From the NCBI RefSeq assembly GCF_001194135.2, contig NC_068983.1, forward strand, positions 21,791,612-21,824,665: a stretch of DNA of 33,054 nucleotides, read 5' to 3'. The stretch's first letter is position 1; each line of letters starts with the position of its first letter. This document shows positions 23,790-33,054 of the stretch, one piece after another. Origin of the DNA: Octopus bimaculoides (Eukaryota). Position numbers and translations under genes: made by a program. The notes under the pieces are model-generated. The model saw only the letters and a list, made by a program, of their open reading frames with translations. It was not told the origin of the DNA and searched no databases.

Positions 23790-24040
23790 GAGAATGTACG
23801 AAAAAACAACAACAGACGAGGACAGGTGGTGTAAATAACAAAAGGATGTATTAGTATGACGCTCGGGAATACGGAAAGTCTTTGACGTTTCGAGCTACGC
23901 TCTTCAACAGAAAGAATACGGAGACAAGGAGAAAAACACGGAGAAAAAAAATTGAATAGTGTCCAGTCAACGGTCAATCATAATAATGGCTGATCATAAC
24001 AATGGCTGACCGGAAGTTAGAAATTCTTTTTTCAGGAGAG
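23788..24040 (-). mobile_element. Penelope-like terminal-repeat fragment carrying the hammerhead, ending in (AT)n
   Basis: Hammerhead context; loosely similar sequence follows the degenerate motif at 30320-30460 (+). Confidence 0.45.
23879..23915 (-). ncRNA. Minimal type-I hammerhead ribozyme remnant (Penelope-like), core substitution A6U
   Basis: TCTTT-CTGTTGA-A-GAGC(GTA)GCTC-GAAA-CGTC-AAAGA: stem I UCUUU/AAAGA, 4-bp stem II, GAAAC-GUC with palindromic ACGU. Confidence 0.65.
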
Positions 24041-24232
24041 CTAAGAAAAGGGGGAGATATGCATAAATACACACACACACACTCATATATGTATATTACA
24101 CACATGCTTATAAATACGTATGTGTATGTGCGAGTGCATATATATGTATATATATATATAGATAGATAAACAGCGAGAGATAGATATAGAAATACACATA
24201 TATAAAAACACAAACATAGACACACATGTGTG

Positions 24233-24342
24233 TGTGTGTGTGTGCACGTGGGTGTGTGTGTGTGCACGTGGGTGTGTGTGTGTGCACGTGGGTGGGTGTG
24301 TGTGCACGTGGGTGTGTGTGTGTGTACGTGTACGCGTGTGTG
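24233..24342. repeat. 20-nt minisatellite (tgcacgtgggtgtgtgtgtg) x about 4
   Basis: Visible tandem units, derived from a (GT)n tract. Confidence 0.85.
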
Positions 24343-26384
24343 TAGTAATACCAGTAATTAAAACTGTTTGATTTGTTTCAGTACTGCTCAGACTTTTATA
24401 ATCATATGACAGGCTTACAGAGGAATTATTTATTCAGACAAAATGAAGCCCATAATCATTGATATTTTTAAGATTTAAATGCTTGAGCAGTTAAAGCAGC
24501 CAAAATATTCAACCTGTTTTATGTTGAAAATGATTAGATCCAGCTTCTCACACCTACCCTACAATGTCATTCTAAACATAAACATTCACATCATTGATAT
24601 TTTGAGGCCACAAGATAACTCATGATTAATTCGAAAGAAGGTGAATAAGTAAGCATCATTTATTCTTCATTATTAATGTTAAATTTTAATGTTAAAGGGT
24701 TTAACATTTAAAATATAATGCTTGATAACATATTTAGACGTAGGGATAGAAATAAACATGATAGTGTAAGAAACTTGTGAGATGTTGTACGCACAGAAGT
24801 AGCCCGGGGGGAAAAGAAAGTGGAGAGGCACAAAAGTAGGGAGAATGGAAAAGAGAACGAGATAAAAAAGATAAAGGAAGATTGAGGTAGAGTGGGGGGG
24901 GGGGAGAAGGAGCTGATGATGGGAAGGTATTAAGGAGTAGGCAGTTTGCTGAGTAAAAGTAACAGTAAAAATAATAGATGTGACTATGTGATGAAGAAAA
25001 GCATATAGTAATGAGAAAAGGCTGTAAGAATGAACAAGAAAGTACAAGGTGTATTAGTATGTAAGTAATTGACTGAAGAGAGAGTTAGAAAGAAGCAAGG
25101 AAGTCGAGGGGTGGAAGAGATGAATGCATGAAAATATATGCAGAGTGAATGTGTTAAATTTTACATAAGGCAGCCATAGAAACCATGCCAAGGCAGAGAC
25201 AGTAGAGCTTGGTGCAGTCCTTTTCGCTCACCAGCTCCTGTCAAACCATATAACCATGCCAGCAGGGAAGGTGGACATTGTATGACGATGATGATAACGA
25301 TAACAAAGACGATGGTGGTGGTGGTGGTGGTGGTGCTGATGATGATGATTATGACTGAAGAAAGGAATAAAGAGAAAATGCCACTGAAATATAAAGGAGA
25401 GAAAAGAAAAATGAGAGGTGTAATAAATATATATATATTGACTGTACAGAGAGAACAGCTGTTCTTTGCTTAAAGTGAAGCAAAAACATTGTATAGATAA
25501 AGTTAAATATGAGTTGTTGTTTTTTCCAAATATGATTAAAACAAAAGTCAGTATTCCAATAGTTTTCAGTTCCTCTATGAAATACATTTGAACAACATTT
25601 AGCTAAAAGTGTGTCTTTAACAAAAAGTGCAGATAAGAAAGAAGTCTAGATGCTCATAATCTATTTACATAACTTTAAGGATAGGCCTAAAAAAAGATTA
25701 AAGAATTTCAAAGAAATTTCACCAATACTAAATATATTGTAGTTTTAACTTCTATACATTCAGCTTATAATAGATTTATTTTGAAGATATTTTCAGATGT
25801 GTTCTTTTCTAGAGTCATACAAACAGCACAATCAAAATCCCATAGAATATGGTTTTACAAATTCATCACTTAAAGCTTGTGGTATATTTATCATCTTTCA
25901 GTTTCCAAATGTACTGTGAAAGAGTAGTGATGGAAGAGAGTTGGCATTTTTATTCTCTTGGTTCCTTAAAGAATATGTTTATTGTATATACCAACTCTTA
26001 AAGGGGCATTCAGTTAAGCCTAAGTAAATTTGTTCATGGTAGTCTACAAATTTCGTTTTAGCACAATACACCTCATGGAGAGATGATATTGGCACAGTTA
26101 TATAGGAATTGATTACATGATGCAAACCTGTTACTGTATTTTATTCTGTAGAAGATGGAAATCAGGTTCTTGATGTATCTAGAACAGATGTAACTTACAT
26201 GCAAGCATAACATCATTACTTGGCTTAATTCACCCTGTAGTCTGGGTGTAGCAGCCAATATCACAAAAGCTTATATAAATCTAGAACAGAAGTATTTTCC
26301 CACTGGTCATAGACACCAGAAAAAGCTTCAACAAAAATTCTCTGAAACTTCTCTACCAATCTTGGCTTTATATTTTACCATATC

Positions 26385-26680
26385 CCTGTGCAGGTAGCAC
26401 ATAAAAACACCATTTGAGTGTGGCCGTTGCCAGTACCGCCAGACTGTCCCTTGTGCCGATGGCACATAAAAGCACCCACTACACTCCCGGAGTGGTTGGC
26501 GTTAGGAAGGGCATCCAGCTGTAGAAACTCTGCCAGATCAGATTGGAGCCTGGTGCAGCCTTCTGGCTTGCCAGTCCTGTCAAATCGTCCAACCCATGCT
26601 AGCATGGAAAGTGGACGTTAAACGGTGACGACGACGACGACGACGATGATGACTATGATGATGATGATGATGATGATTTG
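26385..26680 (+). mobile_element. Family E copy (older fragments at about 6110-6280, 7425-7600, 8060-8250, 14565-14680, 14700-14850, 21090-21300, 25165-25350, all +)
   Basis: Shared aggaagggcatcc core, ccaacccatgc.agcatggaa end and GAT tail. Confidence 0.8.
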
Positions 26681-27004
26681 CTTCTAGTATCAAATATATT
26701 TTAATTTTGTTGTTTATTATTCTTTTAATCCTATAAAACTTCATAATTACCATCCCCATTGCACACACTTAGTCACACACACACAAATTCAAAAATACAC
26801 TTTCGGTAACATACATTCAAACTGACTGACAATATACTAGGCTCATCTCAAGGAAAAGATATCAAATCTAATTTCAAAGAAAAAAAAAACCTCTAGAATT
26901 TATTTCCAATTCACTATGTATCTGCCTCATCAAGTAACACATATAAATACACAAATGCACAAACACATCCAAAGCTAAATGACAGACATTTAAAATTCTT
27001 CAAA

Positions 27005-27530
27005 CAGGTACGGCTATGTGGTTAAGAAGTTTGTTTTGCAGTCATGTAGCTCTAAGTTCACTCCCACTAGGCTGTACCTTGGGCAAGTGTCTTAAATTAT
27101 AACCCCCCTGGCCAACCAATGCCTTTAGAGTGAAGCTGATAGATAAAAGCTGTGTACAAGCTCATCGCCATCATTCACATTTAATGTCCATTTTCCATGC
27201 TGGCATGGGTTGGGCAGTTTGACAGGTGTTGCTCAGGCTCCATGTCTATTTTGGTAGGGTTTCTACGGCTGGATGCCCTTCCTAATGTCAATATATCTAT
27301 ATTTATGTATGTGTGTCTGTGCTTTTGTATTTGTCTCCCGCCTCAGCACTTGACAACAGGTGTTAGTTTGTTTTCATCCCTGTGCCTTAAAGGTTCTACA
27401 AAAGTGGCTGAAAGTATAAGTACTAGTCTTAAAAAATAAATAAATACTGGGGTTGATTTTGTTCAACTAGAACCCTTCAAGGCATTGTCCCAGCATGGTC
27501 ACAGTCTAATGACTGAAGAAAGCAGAAGTA
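27005..27530 (+). mobile_element. Old family C SINE interrupted by a minus-strand family E fragment (27172-27293)
   Basis: C head and CORE-like part at 27005-27170, then E reverse complement (ggatgcccttcctaa), then C 3' half at 27300-27530. Confidence 0.65.
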
Positions 27531-28044
27531 ACAAAGTAAAGCATAAAACCAAAAACAGAATAAAAAATACCCCTAAGGTAAAATTAAACCAATCAACTTC
27601 CCCCACCCAACCACTGTTTGAGGAGCCTCCTAGCCCCTACACACCATCCCTGAACATTATATAAGATTTCTGCTCTACAAACACTTTATCAACTGATAAA
27701 GTGTTAGGAGGCAGGAAGATGCTTGCCTAAAATGCCACACAGTGGGACTGAACCCAGAACCATGTGGTTTGGAAGCAAACTTCTCACAATGTAGCCATGC
27801 CTGTGAAAGTACTTGTCTGAGCGTAGAGATGGGTGTGTGCATAAACATGTGTGTGTGTGTGTGTGTGTGTGTGTATTTCAAAAATTTTATAAAAACATAA
27901 CAAACTGAAAATTCATAGCATATTCCTCATCAAATTTCGTGCCTTTAACATTTTAACATTGAGTTTGTTCACTTTTGGTGTTGCCAGTGGCAAAAAGCCA
28001 CTGGGAATAGCTAACAAATGTGTGTGTATATATATATATGTATG

Positions 28045-28100
<56 letters not shown>

Positions 28101-28206
28101 TGTGTGTGTGTGTTAAAATTTTACCTTTGAGATTTTTATTCTCATGCTGGCCACCTGATAAGATTGGTATTTTAAATANNNNNNNNNNNNNNNNNNNNNN
28201 NNNNNN

Positions 28207-28239
<33 letters not shown>

Positions 28240-28734
28240 GTGTTCTATTTGAAAACTGCTACAAATAGGTTAGTTTAAAAGATGCTGTTTATCTAACCAG
28301 CTTCTTCTTCTTATTTAGTGATTTCCTTGGAAAAACAGTGATATTACACAAACAAATTAAAATTATTCAACTATATATGGTATCATTATAGATAATTTTT
28401 TTAAATTTAATCTTTGCAATCAATAAAGTCAGTATTTACATTTCGGATTATCTATTTAATATCCTTCCATAGTTAATGTTGGCACTAAATCAACAGGACC
28501 TGTGCTGTCCAATACAGCTGCTGTACATTCTTTTATATTATTTTGATTGTTTTAGTTATCAGAGAATGGTCATGCTGGTGCAATGTATCAAAGAGTTTAG
28601 TCAAATCCAGTACTTATTTTTATATCTGAAAATTAGTCTGTGGATCTGTTTCTACCAAGCTGATAACTTACAGAGGATGTAAACAACCAATAATACTGGT
28701 TACCAAGTGAAGTCTCGGTCACAGCTGATGCCAG

Positions 28735-29945
28735 TGACTTATAAAAGATATCCAGTGCATTTTGTGAAATGGTTGGCATTAGGAAGGGAAACAAACAAAC
28801 TGGAGCCTGGCACAGCTCTGGTGAAAAATCCGTCTAACCCATGCTAGCATGGAAAACAAATGGTAAATGATGAAGATGATGATCATCATGATCATGATCA
28901 TGATGATCATGATCATCATCATGACGATGAAGATGATGATTATGATGATGATAATGATGACAACAATGTCATTGATGATGATAATGATGATGACAATGAT
29001 GATGACGATGATGAAAATGACGACGATGATGATGATGACGACGATGATGATGATGACAACGATGATGATGACAACGATGATGATGATGATGGTGGTGATG
29101 ATGACAACATTGATGACAACAACAATGTTGATGATCACAATGACGATGATGACGATGACGACGATGACGACGATGGACGAAGGCGACGATGACGATGACG
29201 ATGACGGCGATGATGATGATGATTACGACGACGATGATGATGATGGTGATGATGATAACAATGATGATGACAGCAATGATGACAACAACGATGTNNNNNN
29301 NNNNNNNNNNNNNNNNNNNNNNNNNNNNNNNNNNNNNNNNNNNNNNNNNNNNNNNNNNNNNNNNNNNNNNNNNNNNNNNNNNNNNNNNNNNNNNNNNNNN
29401 NNNNNNNNNNNNNNNNNNNNNNNNNNNNNNNNNNNNNNNNNNNNNNNNNNNNNNNNNNNNNNNNNNNNNNNNNNNNNNNNNNNNNNNNNNNNNNNNNNNN
29501 NNNNNNNNNNNNNNNNNNNNNNNNNNNNNNNNNNNNNNNNNNNNNNNNNNNNNNNNNNNNNNNNNNNNNNNNNNNNNNNNNNNNNNNNNNNNNNNNNNNN
29601 NNNNNNNNNNNNNNNNNNNNNNNNNNNNNNNNNNNNNNNNNNNNNNNNNNNNNNNNNNNNNNNNNNNNNNNNNNNNNNNNNNNNNNNNNNNNNNNNNNNN
29701 NNNNNNNNNNNNNNNNNNNNNNNNNNNNNNNNNNNNNNNNNNNNNNNNNNNNNNNNNNNNNNNNNNNNNNNNNNNNNNNNNNNNNNNNNNNNNNNNNNNN
29801 NNNNNNNNNNNNNNNNNNNNNNNNNNNNGATGGTGATGATGATAACAATGATGATGACAGCAATGATGACAACAACGATGTTGATGACAATGATGATGAC
29901 AATAATGATGACGATGGTGATGATGACAATGATGATATATATGCA
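28735..29945 (+). repeat. Family E 3' end with a very long imperfect (GAT/GAC/AAC)n array spanning an N gap
   Basis: ggttggcattaggaaggg ... aacccatgctagcatggaaaac, followed by the triplet array. Confidence 0.8.
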
Positions 29946-30468
29946 TGTTCATCTGTCAAAGTGATGACGACCATCAAGTCATCCTTAAGGAGGAATGATG
30001 ACTTACATGGTAACTTTGATTAAAGTGTAAAAGAGTTGCACACCGTCAACCTCACGCTTTTGTCTTTAACCCTCTTCAATTCTGGATCAAAACCAGATAA
30101 AGACAACTAAAGATGGAGGCTGATTCATTGGATGACCAAGACGTCTTACTTGCCTCATCTTGATCCCTGCACTCCACGATGCATTGCTGCAGCCACCTTT
30201 CTCTCTGTTGAGCCCTGAAGGTTTCTTCCTCAGAGTCCATTGGATCCAGTCCCCACGTGCATAGGTAGTCAAGCCTTCACATGCTAATTAATTCATGGCA
30301 TTTTTTCTTTTCTATCTTCCTTCTGATGAAGGACTAATATCTAAAATGTCAAGACACTCTCCTTTCTTTATGAATCTTTAAACTAACCAAAACAATTTTT
30401 CTCTTTGCTACAGCTTATCTCGCGATGCTGTCTTCTTTCTGTGCTCATTACTTTCTTAATATATATAT

Positions 30469-30662
30469 AGGCGCAGGAGTGGCTATAGGTGCAGGAGTTG
30501 TTGTGTGGTAAGTAGCTTGCTTACCAACCACATGGTTCTGGGTTCAGTCCCACTGTGTGGCACCTTGGGCAAGTGTCTTCTACTATAGCCTTGGGCCAAC
30601 CAAAGCCTTGTGAGTGGATTTGGTAGACGGAAACTGAAAGAAGCCCATCGCATATATGTATG

Positions 30663-30709
<47 letters not shown>

Positions 30710-30745
30710 GCATGTGAATATGTTTGTGTGTCTGTGTTTGTCTGT
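30469..30745 (+). mobile_element. Family C SINE 5' half with a duplicated head start
   Basis: ggcgcaggagtggctataggtgcaggagttgttgtgtggtaag ... caccttgggcaagtgtcttc. Confidence 0.8.
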
Positions 30746-30809
30746 AATAACTGTTTGACACTGTGTGTCTGTGTCTGTAATAATAATAATAATAATGATA
30801 ATAATAATA

Positions 30810-30848
<39 letters not shown>

Positions 30849-31128
30849 ATATACATATTTACTTATACTGTTTTCTTTTCACTTCTCATGTTTCATTACA
30901 TGCATTGTCTATTCATTTATTTACTTATCGTTTGTTTATTCATCAAGGCTGTTTTTCTTCATCTTACATTAAATAATGCTTCTTCTTCCCCTTTAGCACA
31001 TATTTACCAATTTTTGTTTGTAGTGCATTGTTTTATGAGTTCGTATAAATCAACTTTGGTTTGTATGTTCATTTGCACTATATACATAAGCATGTGTGTG
31101 AGATTGTGTACGTATGCATGCACACACA

Positions 31129-31167
<39 letters not shown>

Positions 31168-31594
31168 NNNNNNNNNNNNNNNNNNNNNNNNNNNNNNNNN
31201 NNNNNNNNNNNNNNNNNNNNNNNNNNNNNNNNNNNNNNNNNNNNNNNNNNNNNNNNNNNNNNNNNNNNNNNNNNNNNNNNNNNNNNNNNNNNNNNNNNNN
31301 NNNNNNNNNNNNNNNNNNNNNNNNNNNNNNNNNNNNNNNNNNNNNNNNNNNNNNNNNNNNNNNNNNNNNNNNNNNNNNNNNNNNNNNNNNNNNNNNNNNN
31401 NNNNNNNNNNNNNNNNNNNNNNNNNNNNNNNNNNNNNNNNNNNNNNNNNNNNNNNNNNNNNNNNNNNNNNNNNNNNNNNNNNNNNNNNNNNNNNNNNNNN
31501 NNNNNNNNNNNNNNNNNNNNNNNNNNNNNNNNNNNNNNNNNNNNNNNNNNNNNNNNNNNNNNNNNNNNNNNNNNNNNNNNNNNNNNNNNNNNNN

Positions 31595-31659
<65 letters not shown>

Positions 31660-31837
31660 TATATAAGTATATATATATTACGTCTGGGTAGAGTCATAAT
31701 GTCTTAATGCTTTATTATCCAACACACTCACCAGTTCGATTTCCACTTATTTATTATATTTTTGGTTCTAAAGTTTTTGTTGCTCTTGCAACCTTGTCAA
31801 TGGGTGTTGAATCTTTCTCTCTCGCCCNNNNNNNNNN

Positions 31838-31881
<44 letters not shown>

Positions 31882-31884
<3 letters not shown>

Positions 31885-32048
31885 GGAGTGGTTGCGTGGT
31901 AAATAGAGCTTGCTTACCAACCACATGGTCCTGGGTTCAGTCCCACTGCATGGCACCTTGGACAAGTGTCTTCTACTATAGCTTTGGGCCAACCAAAGCC
32001 TTGTGAGTGGATTTGGTAGACGGAAACTGGAAGAAGCCCGTCGTATAT

Positions 32049-32105
<57 letters not shown>

Positions 32106-32337
32106 TGCATACACACACACATATATATATATATATATGTATGCGTGCGTATATGTTTGTGTGTCTGTTTGTACCCCCAGCATCACTTGACAACCGATGC
32201 TGGTGTGTTTGAGTCCCCATAACTTAGCAGTTTGGCAAAAGAGACTGAGAGAATAAGTGCAAGGCTTACAAAGAGTAAGCTCTGGGGGGTCGATTTGCGG
32301 TGCTCCAGCATGGCCGCAGTCAAATGACTGAAACAAT
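31882..32337 (+). mobile_element. Family C SINE, near full length
   Basis: Same head, CORE-like segment and 3' half as 10928-11330. Confidence 0.85.
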
Positions 32338-32354
32338 CCTTTCAGAGTCCTTTC

Positions 32355-32460
32355 AGAGTTAATAAATTAAGTGCCAGTCAAGTACTGGGGTCGATGTAAT
32401 CAATTATCCTTCTCCCCACAAATTCCAGGCCTTGAGCCTATAGTAGGAAGGATTATTACT
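32355..32460 (+). mobile_element. Family A SINE 3' fragment
   Basis: ctggggtcgatgtaatc ... ggccttgagcctatagtaggaaggattatt. Confidence 0.7.
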
Positions 32461-33023
32461 CATATAAGATACTAAGATATTACTTGTTATCTGCATGTAA
32501 TAGATGTATTCCATTAAACTCAGGCCATAAGCTCAGAATAAAGACACATTCATTCATACTGAAGGTGTTCAGTTTTTCAAAGTCAATAGCCACTATAATA
32601 TCAGCAAAGTTACGTGTAGCAGAGTACAGTACACAAGCTTCATGGTGTGTCTATTGAATATCTTATTATATCTGCTAAAAGAGAGAACGTGTCTAACACC
32701 TTAAAGGTTACTTTTCAGATGTCTGTGGATGAATTCCGAATGGAGCATTATGTGTGTGTGTGCATGCACATGTATGCCCACACACATTGTTCATTTGTAG
32801 ATAGGTTCAGCAAATGAAAGCACTCAATACATTTCAGAGTTATGAACATTTTCTTTATAGTATAAGACTAAGGCTTGCCAAATATCTTTTTCTAACATGA
32901 AACTTTAGTTGTTGCCAACAAACTCTTAAGATATTGTAAAGTATGCTTGTTTGTAAATACCTGTGTGAGTATGCATGTGTATGTGTGTGTATACACACAC
33001 ACATGTTCATATATACATGTATG

Positions 33024-33054
<31 letters not shown>

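Noticed and set aside
26073-26290. Possible KIF6 exon (acceptor ctgttctag, donor cat|gtaagt)
   Set aside because: All three frames from the acceptor contain stops, and there is no similarity to the expected upstream KIF6 peptide (GADMRK-type motif).

Overview
This is AT-rich, microsatellite-dense eukaryotic DNA with many N gaps. It is most likely an octopus genome, inferred from the tRNA/CORE-type SINE families, not proven. Most of the window is intron of a minus-strand KIF6-type kinesin gene. Two exons are recognisable (23127-23280 and 13450-13704); joined they read ...[24 protein letters not shown]..., matching the KIF6 stalk motif [17 protein letters not shown] as I recall it. The intron between them has a U12 (minor spliceosome) signature: 5' ATATCCTTTT and branch CCTTGAC. 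Its homology-predicted ends are the non-canonical AT...AT, and it overlaps an in-frame pair of U2-type sites. The rest is retroelement debris: at least five SINE-like families, an RTE LINE 3' end with three C2H2 fingers, an R4/Dong-like N-terminal fragment, Penelope-type minimal hammerhead remnants and MITEs. There are also two long hairpins, one fully paired only on the KIF6 sense strand. Most ORF-track entries are microsatellite or N-gap artefacts. No database searches were run; family assignments come from recalled motifs.
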